From assembly GCA_965214775.1 (NCBI GenBank), contig OZ243974.1:1504001-1568000 (forward strand): 64,000 nucleotides of DNA, given 5' to 3'. The DNA is from Nitrosopumilus sp. (GTDB taxonomy: Archaea > Thermoproteota > Nitrososphaeria > Nitrososphaerales > Nitrosopumilaceae). The notes under the pieces were generated by a model that ran no database searches, was not told the origin of the DNA, and saw only the letters and a list, made by a program, of their open reading frames with translations. Positions within the stretch are counted from its first letter, which is position 1; every line of letters starts with the position of its first letter. The position numbers were made by a program, and so were the translations under genes. Below are positions 50,664 to 60,756 of this stretch, one piece after another.

Positions 50664-50690
50664 GCAGTGGCGCGACATACCCTTATATTT
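50664..50690 (+). promoter_or_regulatory. attR-like site overlapping the rps3ae BRE/TATA
   Basis: cttatatt about 28 bp upstream of the TTG start; the sequence is duplicated at 24793-24816. Confidence 0.6.
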
Positions 50691-50712
50691 TGGGTTCAAA
50701 GGTCGGTAATAA

Positions 50713-51324
50713 TTGGCACGCAGAAAGGGTCGAGTAAAAGACAAGTGGCGAGAAAAACGCTGGATTACAGCAAGTGCCCCTGACTCATTTAACAACATCC
50801 CAATCGGCTATGTTCCAATTACTGATGATGAAAATGCCTCAGGCAGGGTTTTGGAAGTTACACTGTACGACATTCTCAAGGGAGATCCCTCGCAGCACCA
50901 ATACAAAATTTATTTTCAAGTTGACAAAGTAAACGGAGATAAGGCATCAACAATTTTCAAACGATTCGAGTATTCCAAGGAGTTTTTGAGAAGCTTGGTC
51001 AGACGCGGTTCGTCAAAAATCAATTTCATCACAGACGTAAAAACAAAAGACGGCTACATCTTTAGAATCAAGATCATTGCACTGACTCACAGACAGCTTA
51101 ACACGTCCAGAAAGCACGCCTTGAGACTAATTGCCAGAAGAGTAATCGACAAGACGGTTCCGGAAATGACCATTGATCAATTCGTGCAAACGGCATGCTA
51201 TGGCAAAATCAATTCTGACATAATGGCAGCATTCAAGAAGGTCATCAAAGTCAGACACGTTGGCCTTGAGAAAGTAAAACTAATCAGAACAGCAGAAAAA
51301 GAAACAATATTACTGGAAGCATAA
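50713..51324 (+). CDS. rps3ae: 30S ribosomal protein S3Ae (eS1)
   Basis: KDKWREKRW, GRVLEVTLYD, SLVRRGSSKI, TKDGY motifs. Confidence 0.96.
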   Translation: MARRKGRVKDKWREKRWITASAPDSFNNIPIGYVPITDDENASGRVLEVTLYDILKGDPSQHQYKIYFQVDKVNGDKASTIFKRFEYSKEFLRSLVRRGSSKINFITDVKTKDGYIFRIKIIALTHRQLNTSRKHALRLIARRVIDKTVPEMTIDQFVQTACYGKINSDIMAAFKKVIKVRHVGLEKVKLIRTAEKETILLEA

Positions 51325-51347
51325 ATTTCAAGAATTGCCTCAAATTA

Positions 51348-51788
51348 ATGACCGATAGAATCGAAATTACAATGGATGTAATCGTACATGCAACAGAGGA
51401 TGCCAAAAAAATTTTTCTGGCATTTGAAGAAATGTTGGGACTAGACGAAGGCGATTTTAGCATTCAAAAAACAACAGGGCATTTTGATAACCCGATAATC
51501 ATCTTAAATTCAAAAATTGTAAAAAAACAGGCTCAAAACCTGATCAAAAGAATCCTAGGCAGACTGTCAAAAGAGCAAATTGATCAAATGATCAATGAAA
51601 TCGAAGAAAGGACAGTTGACTCAAGATTTCATATGAGACTGGGAAAGCAGGAGATGCTAAAGGGGAACTTAGAGCTTGTTGAAAAAGATCCGATAAAAAT
51701 CAAAATCCACACTCCTGTATACGACAAAAAAGAGACGGTCAAAACTTTCACTGAAATTTTTCAAAAAAAAGCCACCTATATTAAATAG
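51348..51788 (+). CDS. Archaeal RNA-binding protein (DUF54-like)
   Basis: VHATED..KI, GHFDNPI, RL.KQ motifs. Confidence 0.82.
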   Translation: MTDRIEITMDVIVHATEDAKKIFLAFEEMLGLDEGDFSIQKTTGHFDNPIIILNSKIVKKQAQNLIKRILGRLSKEQIDQMINEIEERTVDSRFHMRLGKQEMLKGNLELVEKDPIKIKIHTPVYDKKETVKTFTEIFQKKATYIK

Positions 51789-51809
51789 GAACAAGTGAAA
51801 ATTCTCCAC

Positions 51810-51877
51810 GGGGATGAGGAAATAATAGCCGCTCCAGTCTGAGCGAAAGCCTTGAAGACGCCGCGACGAACCGACCC
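51810..51877 (+). ncRNA. Candidate C/D-box sRNA
   Basis: C box ATGAGGA, D' CTGA, C' TTGAAGA, D CCGA, terminal ggg/ccc stem; TATA-like tatattaaa about 30 bp upstream. Confidence 0.55.
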
Positions 51878-51974
51878 TGTCTTGAATCGATCACCAAACA
51901 ACACTGCTGAGCGTTTCAGCGACTTTTTTGGATCATGGCATTATTTTAAATACGGATAGACGAACCTCACTATC

Positions 51975-53438
51975 GTGGTAGCGGCAGCAGATTACGATGT
52001 TATAGTTGCAGGCGGAGGTTTGGCAGGAACTATTGCCGCACAAGCAGTTGCCCATTGCACAAATCAAAATGCCAAAATCCTGGTTGTTGACAGAAATCCG
52101 GAATTTCTTCCAGGCAGAAAATCTCTGGCCGGATGGGTGTGTGGCGATGCCTGCTCAAAGGAGGCAGTTGACTTTATGAAAAGCAGAATCAAAGTCGAGT
52201 GGACAAAACCGGAGATCGAACACGATGTAAAGGGTGTCATGGCATTCTCGCCAGACAAGGAAACTGCCATTCCGTTTGATGGCGACGGATACATGTTAAA
52301 TCGCCAAAAGCTTCCAGAGATTCAAAATGAAAGATGTAAAAAAATGGGAATTGAATTTGAATATGAGATCAACCTTACTGGCTTGATCTATGAGGGACAA
52401 CAGGCAGTAGGCGTTCAAGGCAACGATAAAAACAGCCAGCCATACAAAAAGACCGCAAAAATCGTAATTGACGCGACCGGAGTCACATCGATGCTCAGAA
52501 ACACACTCAAAAATTCTACAAAGGTTGAAAAGAGAATTGACAGGCGGGATCTGGAATCCACAGGCAGATACATCATGTATTTTGATCCCGCAAAAAAAGA
52601 TCTTGCCGAATTTGATCCGGACTATTGCATTATTCACCTGGATCAGGACATTGCGCCAGGCGGATACGGGTGGGTCTTTCCCAAGGCAGATGACAAGGTA
52701 AACATCGGACTTGGCGTTGAAAAATCCCTCTTGGAGAGAAGAAACCAAAGACTGGGCAAGAAGGACAACGTTGAATCGCTGATGAAGGAATATCTTAAAA
52801 GAAATACCGTAATTAAAAACGCAAAATTGTCCGAAGATCCAGAAGACATCAACAACAATTCGGGAATCTTCCAGGTGTCTGTAAGAAGGCAAAATGACTG
52901 CATGGTTTCAGGCGGATACGTGATGGTTGGGGATTCGGCCTGGATGCCAAAACCAATTGACGCCGGCGGGATTGGGCCTGCATTAATTGCCGGAACAATT
53001 CTTGGGGGCAATGTTGCCCAGGCACTTGAGGCAAACGATGTCTCTGAAGCAGGATTATGGAAATACAATCTTGATTTTATTGAAGAGTACGGGTACAAGA
53101 CTGCGGGACTTGAACTGTTCAGAAGACTTGTCCAGCAAATGACAAATGATCAAATCAGCTATGGAATGAAGCACTTTCTGGGAAACATGGACGTTGAGGC
53201 GATAAGCAAGGGCGAACATCCGGATTTTTCAGGGTTGGGAAAACTTGGAATGATTATCAGGGGCGCAATGAACAAAACGGTCGCAGACGGCTTACGATTT
53301 ACCTCAAAAGAAAACCAATGGCTGGTAGGACACTACAATAACTACCCTGAGGATCCCTCTGGATTTGACGAATGGAACAGGACGCTGCACAAGAGAATGG
53401 ATGCGGCATTTGAAAAGGTAGAGGCATTCGGAAAGTAA
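51975..53438 (+). CDS. Geranylgeranyl reductase-family FAD oxidoreductase
   Basis: GGGLAG, CGDA, GYGWVFPK, VGDSA...P...GGI motifs. Confidence 0.9.
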   Translation: MVAAADYDVIVAGGGLAGTIAAQAVAHCTNQNAKILVVDRNPEFLPGRKSLAGWVCGDACSKEAVDFMKSRIKVEWTKPEIEHDVKGVMAFSPDKETAIPFDGDGYMLNRQKLPEIQNERCKKMGIEFEYEINLTGLIYEGQQAVGVQGNDKNSQPYKKTAKIVIDATGVTSMLRNTLKNSTKVEKRIDRRDLESTGRYIMYFDPAKKDLAEFDPDYCIIHLDQDIAPGGYGWVFPKADDKVNIGLGVEKSLLERRNQRLGKKDNVESLMKEYLKRNTVIKNAKLSEDPEDINNNSGIFQVSVRRQNDCMVSGGYVMVGDSAWMPKPIDAGGIGPALIAGTILGGNVAQALEANDVSEAGLWKYNLDFIEEYGYKTAGLELFRRLVQQMTNDQISYGMKHFLGNMDVEAISKGEHPDFSGLGKLGMIIRGAMNKTVADGLRFTSKENQWLVGHYNNYPEDPSGFDEWNRTLHKRMDAAFEKVEAFGK

Positions 53439-53482
53439 CAGGATCTAATGTTAAATATTGTTGAAATCCATGAAAACATGCT

Positions 53483-54277
53483 TTGGAAAAGGTGGCATCA
53501 TATCTTGATTGGAACAACTCGATTGGAATTCTCAACAAGGCATACGAGTCTGGCCTGTTCGTGCTTATCATAGGCCCAAAAGGGACAGGAAAGACCTCGC
53601 TAGTAAGGGACTTTGCCAAAAGCAAGAATGTGAATCTGGAATCCATAAATTTCAGCCTCAGAACAAGGGAGAGCCACCTGATTGGCACAAAAACCCTCAA
53701 TGAGGGAACCGTAAGCTTTGATGAGGGCCTGCTGACAAAATCAATGAGGGAAGGGGGCCTGCTATATCTTGATGAGATAAATTCCGCAGAGGCAGACGTC
53801 CTGCTTAGGCTAGACGAGGCATTAGATGACAGAAGACAGATTGTGTTAAAAGAATCTACAGGAGAAGTCGTAAGGGCAAAAGAGAATTGGTTTGTTGTGG
53901 CAACAATCAATCCGTTGACACATAGCGGAACCAAGGAATTGCCGCCGCAACTGTTGAGCAGGTTTCCTGTAAGAATCAGACTGGAATATCCTCCTCAAGG
54001 CGTTGAATTGGAGATTGTAAAAAAGCATGTATCAGACCATGAATCAGAAATCACCCAGGCAATAAAACTTGCAAACACCCTCAGACAGGCTGCCGCAGTT
54101 GAAGAGCTGTTTTATTCGCCCAGCTTGAGGGAGACGATCGCTTTTGGAAAATTATTAAAAGAAGGAATGCCTGCAAGGGAGGCAGCAATGTTTGTTTTTG
54201 GAAACGTCTACACGCAATGGGGAAACATCGAGTATCAAAAGGTAAGCGACATTATCACATCAATGTTTGGAGACTAG
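53483..54277 (+). CDS. MoxR/CbbQ-like AAA ATPase
   Basis: GPKGTGKT, LDEIN, ATINP, LLSRF motifs. Confidence 0.9.
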   Translation: MEKVASYLDWNNSIGILNKAYESGLFVLIIGPKGTGKTSLVRDFAKSKNVNLESINFSLRTRESHLIGTKTLNEGTVSFDEGLLTKSMREGGLLYLDEINSAEADVLLRLDEALDDRRQIVLKESTGEVVRAKENWFVVATINPLTHSGTKELPPQLLSRFPVRIRLEYPPQGVELEIVKKHVSDHESEITQAIKLANTLRQAAAVEELFYSPSLRETIAFGKLLKEGMPAREAAMFVFGNVYTQWGNIEYQKVSDIITSMFGD

Positions 54278-55843
54278 ATGCAGCAAATCCAGCTCAAAAA
54301 CGACTCCCTGGTGGAAATTGCCACATTCCTTGTCAGAAGATGGTCTGAATCAGACAAAATGATAGTTGAAATTTCAGACAAAGTTGAGACAAGAACGAGA
54401 CTGAAAGAAAACAAGGTCATCCTGACCCCCCTTGAAAAAAGGATGGGCGATGATTTTCAAAAGTACAGGCAGTTTCGAACGTCATTGTGGTACGAGGCAA
54501 TGCGCGTAAAGCACTGTGAAAAAATTCTCAGCAACGATCACGCCTTTGGCTTTATTCTCAACGCGATGGAGACTCAAAGGATAGAGCATCTGGGGAGGGA
54601 GATCTGGAGGGGAATGGACGATGAGATTGTCTTCAATTACGCCTACATGCTGGTTTCAAGGCCTCAGTTACACACAGTGTATGGAAAGGCAAGGATTGTC
54701 GAGGCGTTTTACCAGTATTTTATGTTTGGAGCGATAAAGGGAGAGATACAGCCCAGTCATTTTGAGAGAATCAAAAAGGCATCTGCACTTGCCAAAAAAA
54801 TTGTCAAAAGGGCCATAAAAGAAAAGCAGGGCACAGAATGGCTTGAAAAAAACGTAAGCGGGATTGTAAGAATCTTGGACATTGACTCGCTGCTGACAAT
54901 TCCAGTCTCGCTTCCATTCATGAAAGCTGGAATGGCGTTGACAGAGGAAGAACTGCGCAGGACTCTGAGGGTAATCTCCAAGAACAGGGAGGGAGACTTT
55001 GGAGGCGTTGCCGATGCAAGCGCAGTTTTGAGGGGAGACGACGTAATTGACGAATACAGGGTACTGCTAGACGAAAACAGAAAAACCAAAAACAAGGGAC
55101 TTGCCGCCGAACCAATCGGAATTCAAACTCCTGCCACAAAGGGAGTAGACGAAACGACAATCTATGATCTGAATCTGATAAACGGACTGAAAACCAAATT
55201 CAAAGAGTGGAAGTCAGGATGGAGAGAACAGCATCTTCGTTCAGGCGATGAGTTTGACGAAGAAAGCTACATTGAGGGACACGAGCCGTTCTTTGCTGAC
55301 ATAAAAAAATCAATCAAGACCAGGATTGTGATTTTGCTGGATCATTCGTCAAGCATCGCATCTAATGCACTCGAATACAAAAAGGCAACGTTGGCTTTGT
55401 GCGAAGTATTGTCGTTTCTGAAGGTCAGATTTGCAGTTTACGCATTTAGTACGCAGAACAGGGCAGTGGTGTGCTGGTCCATAAAGCCGGACAACGTCAA
55501 GTGGAACAACGTTTCTGCAAAAAGGCTTGCACAAGTGGTGGCAAATGGCTCGACCCCGTTGGCAGAAGTTTATGACAAGATGTTTCCTGTATTGCAGGCC
55601 AAAAGACCGGATATCTTCCTGACTCTCACAGATGGAGAGCCGTCTGATCCGGATGCAGTCAGAGTTATGACCAAGTCCCTCAAGGGATTGGGCATAAGCA
55701 TGGTTGCATTGGGACTGGGGCCAAACACGCTTCGAGCAACAGCGATTGCAAATAATCTCAGACATCTTGGATATGAAAAAACAATGGCCGTAAGCAGGCT
55801 CAATGACATTCCAAGCAAGGTAATGAGCATTTTAGAGGCATAG
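54278..55843 (+). CDS. vWA-domain protein (AAA partner)
   Basis: DHSSS MIDAS, TP, TDGEP motifs. Confidence 0.9.
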   Translation: MQQIQLKNDSLVEIATFLVRRWSESDKMIVEISDKVETRTRLKENKVILTPLEKRMGDDFQKYRQFRTSLWYEAMRVKHCEKILSNDHAFGFILNAMETQRIEHLGREIWRGMDDEIVFNYAYMLVSRPQLHTVYGKARIVEAFYQYFMFGAIKGEIQPSHFERIKKASALAKKIVKRAIKEKQGTEWLEKNVSGIVRILDIDSLLTIPVSLPFMKAGMALTEEELRRTLRVISKNREGDFGGVADASAVLRGDDVIDEYRVLLDENRKTKNKGLAAEPIGIQTPATKGVDETTIYDLNLINGLKTKFKEWKSGWREQHLRSGDEFDEESYIEGHEPFFADIKKSIKTRIVILLDHSSSIASNALEYKKATLALCEVLSFLKVRFAVYAFSTQNRAVVCWSIKPDNVKWNNVSAKRLAQVVANGSTPLAEVYDKMFPVLQAKRPDIFLTLTDGEPSDPDAVRVMTKSLKGLGISMVALGLGPNTLRATAIANNLRHLGYEKTMAVSRLNDIPSKVMSILEA

Positions 55844-55905
55844 ATTCAGAATAATCCCATCATAAGATATTTTATGAGCAAGGATTCAACTGCATCTGGG
55901 AGACA

Positions 55906-57444
55906 ATGTCAGAAGTCATAGACAGCTCATTATTGGAAAAATTTGAACAGAAAGTCTGGAACAAGATCCCTCATCGCGAGGGCGGGCAGATAGTAAACGC
56001 AACACCCCTAGTCGATCTTACGCAGGATTTCAAAGAATGCGCAAAAAGCGTCTTCAAGGTCGATCTGGACAATCGGGATTTGAAAGTCTATGGAAAGTTT
56101 GACTCGGAATTGCTTGGCGGCTCCATCAAAGCAAGAGCTGCATCCCACATCATCCATGAGGCAATAAAGTCTGGAAAATGCAGCGGAAAGCGGGTAGTGA
56201 TTGAGGCGACTTCTGGAAACTTTGGAATCGCACTCGGACTGCTGTCAAAACTCGGGGTAACCGTAGTTGCACTAGTCTCAAGAAAGCTCCAGGAGGGTGT
56301 TTTCAAAGAGCTAAGAAACCAAGGCATTCGAATCATGGATATGGATATGGATATCTGCCCTGCTCCGGGAATGGAAGACAAAGTAGACAAGCTGGCTGCA
56401 AAGGCAACTGCTGCAAATGTCCGTTCACAATTAGCCGAGATGGGTTTTGATCCCAGAGTCTTTGACAGAAACACCGGCAAGATTGAAGCATTGCTAGCCA
56501 AGCAGGACATTATCAATTTGGCAAGTTTCCTTGCAGAAATTTACGATATGTTCTGTCCAAAGCAGTATGATAACGAACTGAACATTGAGATCCACAATAC
56601 TGTGACTGCCCCAGAAATTGATCAGCAACTGCATGAAAACGGGGATTCGTTGGAAGACTATGATCTGGTTTGTTCCTTTGGAACCGGCGGAACATCCGGC
56701 GGTCTGGGCAAGTACATGTCTGAAAAATACGGCAAAAAAGCAGTCCACGTCGTTTTTCCTCCCAATGGCCAAGATGTGGCAGGAATTAGAACTCATTCCA
56801 AAGCAGAGGGCCTGACGTTGTACGACCCAGAGGCATACGCTGCCGAGCATGCCGTTGACTTTGAGAAGGCAAAATTCCTTTTGAAGTTCTTTGTTGAGAA
56901 GGGATACGATATTGGCGAGAGCACGGCACTTGAACTGTATTCGGCATTAGAGATGGCAGGTGCAGGACTGGGCTCAAAATTTGTCATCATGGTAGCTGAC
57001 GGAATTGAAAAATACAGAAAGAACCTTGAGCAAATATCCCAAGACAAGCTTCCTATGAGGATTTCATTGGAGGATGCAGCATCGGTTGCAAAGGAATATG
57101 ACAGAATAGTCTGGGTCCATACACAGTATGCCCCAAAGGAAGAAGGAATTGAGATGATTGCAAAATCATTAGGCGTTGACAGGTCAAAAATCGCAGTTCC
57201 AAAGGCAGGCACAATCAGCAGACTGCTATCCACGCAAGAAATTCCAGAAGAACTGGGAAAAGAATTTGACGGCTCTCATGGAAAATCACTACTGGTATGC
57301 ATGGCTGGAAACACCTCTTTTATGGCCGCGCAAGTACTTGCAAGCAAAGGAATTGTCACTCAAAGTCTGAATGGCGGAATTACTGACTTGCCTGAGGGCA
57401 GGGGCAAGAACCCTGGCCAATATATCCGGGCAGCCGGGGAATAG
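55906..57444 (+). CDS. PLP-dependent cysteine-synthase-like enzyme with C-terminal rhodanese-like domain
   Basis: GSIKAR, EATSGNFG, GTGGTS; VCMAGNTS...SLNGG. Confidence 0.85.
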   Translation: MSEVIDSSLLEKFEQKVWNKIPHREGGQIVNATPLVDLTQDFKECAKSVFKVDLDNRDLKVYGKFDSELLGGSIKARAASHIIHEAIKSGKCSGKRVVIEATSGNFGIALGLLSKLGVTVVALVSRKLQEGVFKELRNQGIRIMDMDMDICPAPGMEDKVDKLAAKATAANVRSQLAEMGFDPRVFDRNTGKIEALLAKQDIINLASFLAEIYDMFCPKQYDNELNIEIHNTVTAPEIDQQLHENGDSLEDYDLVCSFGTGGTSGGLGKYMSEKYGKKAVHVVFPPNGQDVAGIRTHSKAEGLTLYDPEAYAAEHAVDFEKAKFLLKFFVEKGYDIGESTALELYSALEMAGAGLGSKFVIMVADGIEKYRKNLEQISQDKLPMRISLEDAASVAKEYDRIVWVHTQYAPKEEGIEMIAKSLGVDRSKIAVPKAGTISRLLSTQEIPEELGKEFDGSHGKSLLVCMAGNTSFMAAQVLASKGIVTQSLNGGITDLPEGRGKNPGQYIRAAGE

Positions 57445-57448
57445 CGGT

Positions 57449-57910
57449 TTGAAATGCCTTTCAGTCTCGCAGCCATTTGCCAGTCTCATCATTTCAGGCA
57501 AGAAAACCATCGAACTGAGAAAATGGAATACCGGTTTTAGAGGCGAATTTCTGATTCATGCCCCGTTAAAAATCCGGGCAAAGGACTGCAAGCGGCTAAA
57601 AATTGACCACGGGCTGGTTACAGGGGCCATAGTGGGAAAGGCAGAGCTGTATGGCGTAAAAAAATACAGTTCAAAAAAGGAGGTAAGCGATGACAAGCAG
57701 TTTCATTTTGCTGGAAAAAAATTCCAAGACAACCCGTATGGGTTCATGCTGAAAAATTCCAAGGCATTTAGAATTCCGATTCCATGGAAGGGCCAGTTGG
57801 GCTTTTTTGATGTGGACTTGCCTAGAACAAAAACCAAGAACAAGGAGGAGGAGATTGTTTCTGACATCATCGATGAGGAATATCGATATCAATGGATTGG
57901 CCGCCATTAG
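57449..57910 (+). CDS. ASCH-domain protein
   Basis: LSVSQPFASLIISGKKTIELR, P..GQLGFF motifs. Confidence 0.88.
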   Translation: MKCLSVSQPFASLIISGKKTIELRKWNTGFRGEFLIHAPLKIRAKDCKRLKIDHGLVTGAIVGKAELYGVKKYSSKKEVSDDKQFHFAGKKFQDNPYGFMLKNSKAFRIPIPWKGQLGFFDVDLPRTKTKNKEEEIVSDIIDEEYRYQWIGRH

Positions 57911-57972
57911 AATCCTGTCTTTGGGAAAATTGTGTCTAGTATATATAAAGGGACTATTTAAAGTCCCTCGTC

Positions 57973-58536
57973 GTGCCTCAAACAAAGCCAATTGTCAGCG
58001 TCGAGAATGTTGTTGCATCAGCATCTGTTGAGCAAAAAATCGATCTAAATGAGATTATTAAAAAATTTCCAGATACGGAATATCACCCCGAACAATTTCC
58101 GGGACTCGTGTTTAGATTAAAGACGCCGAGAACCGCAACACTGATTTTTAGAACCGGCAAGATGGTTTGCACCGGCGCAAAGTCCGAGGAGATGGCAGTC
58201 AAGGCCGTAAACACAGTGGTTCAAAAACTAAGAAAGGGAAAAATCAAGATCAAAAATGACGCGGTAATCACCGTGCAAAATATTGTCGCTGCAATCAATC
58301 TGGGAGGAAAGATCCATTTGGAAAAGGCAGCTAGAACACTGCCAAGAAGCATGTACGAACCAGAACAGTTTCCAGGCCTGATTCACAGAATGCTGGATCC
58401 CAAGACCGTGATCCTGTTGTTTGCATCAGGAAAGCTGGTATGTACAGGCGCCAAAAAGGAATCAGACGTATATCGTTCAGTACACAACCTGCATTCCCTG
58501 TTAGAAGAGAAAAGCTTGATGATCTACGATCAGTAA
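57973..58536 (+). CDS. tbp: TATA-binding protein
   Basis: Two repeats of NVVAS...Y.PEQFPGL..R...LIF..GK.VCTGAK. Confidence 0.98.
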   Translation: MPQTKPIVSVENVVASASVEQKIDLNEIIKKFPDTEYHPEQFPGLVFRLKTPRTATLIFRTGKMVCTGAKSEEMAVKAVNTVVQKLRKGKIKIKNDAVITVQNIVAAINLGGKIHLEKAARTLPRSMYEPEQFPGLIHRMLDPKTVILLFASGKLVCTGAKKESDVYRSVHNLHSLLEEKSLMIYDQ

Positions 58537-59578
58537 ACCAGTGCCTGCAGTTTGCTGAAGAAAAAAAGGAAGGAAGGAAGGAAGGAAAAAGAAGCTGACT
58601 ACTGGATCAGTCTGATCAGCCGGCATTGATTCCTTTGCAGAACCGTCAAATCAACTGCGTCTTGCAGGGAATTTTCAAACGTATCAGGATGCACCCAAAG
58701 CAAAAAAAGTACGGAGTCAGGTCCCCCGTAAAATCAGGCGTGAACGGGAGTTGGATGAATGCTTTGCGACTAGAAAGTTGAGGATGTGATGTTGTGCAAA
58801 AAAAAAACACACACATGCTAGATCGATGGCAGATGGAAAAGACCATGATGGATATCTTATTTTATTTTATAAAAGGAAAGTTATGGGGGAAGTGATCCTG
58901 GCAGACAAATCTGCAAAGATGTCATCATGCTGATCTTGATTTCACAAGCCGTTTTATGGTTCAGAAAAAATTGACAAGTACGTGGCAGACAATCAGGCCC
59001 TGGATTTGACTGATGCGTTTTATAAAAGAGGCGAGTCAGGCAAAACGAGTCTGGCTGCCGACAAATTTTTCAAAAAAATCCAAAGGCAAAACGCCAAATT
59101 TTTGATGAATCCGAGCCACCGGAGGCATGGATGATGTGCTGGGGAATCTTGCCATTCACGGCATGGTTGCTGCCTCTGGAGGAACAGATGCTGACTGGCT
59201 GATATGGAGCATAACTGAGAACCTGCAATTCTGGAATTCAAAGGATTTTGCAACGATAAAACCAACATCCATTAGGGCAAATTACTGCATATGGAAAAAC
59301 TGCATGAGAAACTAAACCTTGCAACAAAATGCCATCCATGCGTTGTTGGATGCGACGAAACTGATCCTTGAAATTTGATGGAACATCATGATGGCTGTTA
59401 TTTGAAGCGAGTCATCAGAAAACAGTCGCCGTCCCAAAAAATGCCGATGATGCTTACGGAGAAGGCTCGGCAAAACAAAACATGTTGCTTGTTGTTTACA
59501 GGGAACAATGGAGAAAATCGGTGTGGAAAAATTGAGACTTGGTGGATTTGTGTGCGGAAGGGGGTGGGGGGAATTTGA

Positions 59579-60301
59579 TTAGGATGCTGTAAATGTAAAA
59601 CTAGCCGTTTTGGTCTCTCTTCCATTATCGACGATTAACGAATAATTTCCGGATTCTTCCCAGCCAGAACCGCCTGCAATTGCAAGGGTTGAATAACTGC
59701 CATTGCTCTTTATTGGAACTTGTTCTGCCCAAACTATCTGGCCGTCGTGATTTACTATGTAGAGACTTGCAGTACCTGATATTTCAGAGTTCCCGCTAAT
59801 TGAGATAAGATCTTTTGCATCATAGGATTTCAAGTCCGATCTTATTGACAACGAAACATCGACTGGCGCAACAGGATCATCACCATCTGGAGAAAAACCA
59901 GCCAATATTCCACCATAAGCTGCCGCTGCCACAACTGCAATAATGACGACTAGTGCTGTACCGCCAACTCCGATCATGATTTTGGATTTTTTTTGGATTC
60001 GAGATGTAATTTTGGGTGGCAGAGCTTGGAGCGTCTGTGTATGCTGAACAACTACAGGCTCTGGAATCACCACGTCTGGAACCGTTTCTTCTTTTTCTTT
60101 ATCTTTTGGTGGAATTTCAAAGAGTTCGACCGGTGGTTTTCTGCCAAGATGTTTTTCTGCCAATTTTCTAACATAATTTCTTTCAAAATTGCTTATGACC
60201 TCGTCATTTTGACATGCCCTGAGGATCTGCTTGAGAATCCTGTCGTCTCCGAAATCTTTGTCTAAAAGAGCCTTTACGTCATCATGTAAGGATTCCTCCA
60301 T
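59579..60301 (-). CDS. Membrane-anchored hypothetical protein
   Basis: GDDRILKQI.RA N-terminal domain, TM helix, beta-rich C-terminal domain. Confidence 0.8.
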   Translation of the reverse strand: MEESLHDDVKALLDKDFGDDRILKQILRACQNDEVISNFERNYVRKLAEKHLGRKPPVELFEIPPKDKEKEETVPDVVIPEPVVVQHTQTLQALPPKITSRIQKKSKIMIGVGGTALVVIIAVVAAAAYGGILAGFSPDGDDPVAPVDVSLSIRSDLKSYDAKDLISISGNSEISGTASLYIVNHDGQIVWAEQVPIKSNGSYSTLAIAGGSGWEESGNYSLIVDNGRETKTASFTFTAS

Positions 60302-60604
60302 GCTTATTTACCTGTCAAATGATTATTTATGAATACTTGTTTAACATTTCGAGGAACTTTTTTGTCTGCCGTCCACAAACCGGTTCTGCCAAAACATGAT
60401 GCAAAGATCCGATGCGTGGTGTGGAAGAGGAAAAACATGCCTAGTTTGACGGCGGTGACGGTGACAAATGATCTATCTGCCTGCATCTTTTGCAAGACGT
60501 TCTGGCTCGGCCTTTTTTTTGATTAATCCGTTTTTACGCAGATCGCTTTTCTGCCATGCTGTTATCGTCATACGTGGCAATGCGCAATACCCTGGCATCC
60601 GTAC

Positions 60605-60690
60605 GAGTTTACCCCTCCCCTAAGATACGACGTGGCAGGCGTGATCATAAAGGCCCCCACTAGCAGTGCCATCTGGGGGGGGGTAAACTC
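60605..60690. mobile_element. MITE family G
   Basis: Ends gagtttacccc / ggggtaaactc, TA-flanked. Confidence 0.82.
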
Positions 60691-60756
60691 CTACCTGGCA
60701 TCCAAAATAAAACATTATATACTTGGTACCTTAATGTACGGTAGGAGAAAAGTAAA

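Larger units (their letters stand above)
15446..50687. mobile_element. Composite integrated genomic island between serS and rps3ae
   Basis: Interrupts a core gene run; integrase at the right end; att-like sequence repeated at 24793-24816 and 50664-50687; agtggc core at the serS stop; defence, toxin-antitoxin and IS cargo. Confidence 0.8.

Noticed and set aside
51810-51930. RNase P RNA or SRP RNA
   Set aside because: Too short and lacks the GAGGAAAGUCC or SRP helix-8 signatures; a C/D-box layout fits better.
58990-59420. Relic of a P-loop ATPase gene (GESGKTSLA-like translation near 59030)
   Set aside because: No continuous ORF and only one degenerate motif; not enough to call.
723-60690. 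Recurrent palindromic repeats as a CRISPR array
   Set aside because: Repeats are dispersed 80-170 bp units with terminal inverted repeats and TSDs, not regularly spaced repeat-spacer arrays; no cas genes were seen.
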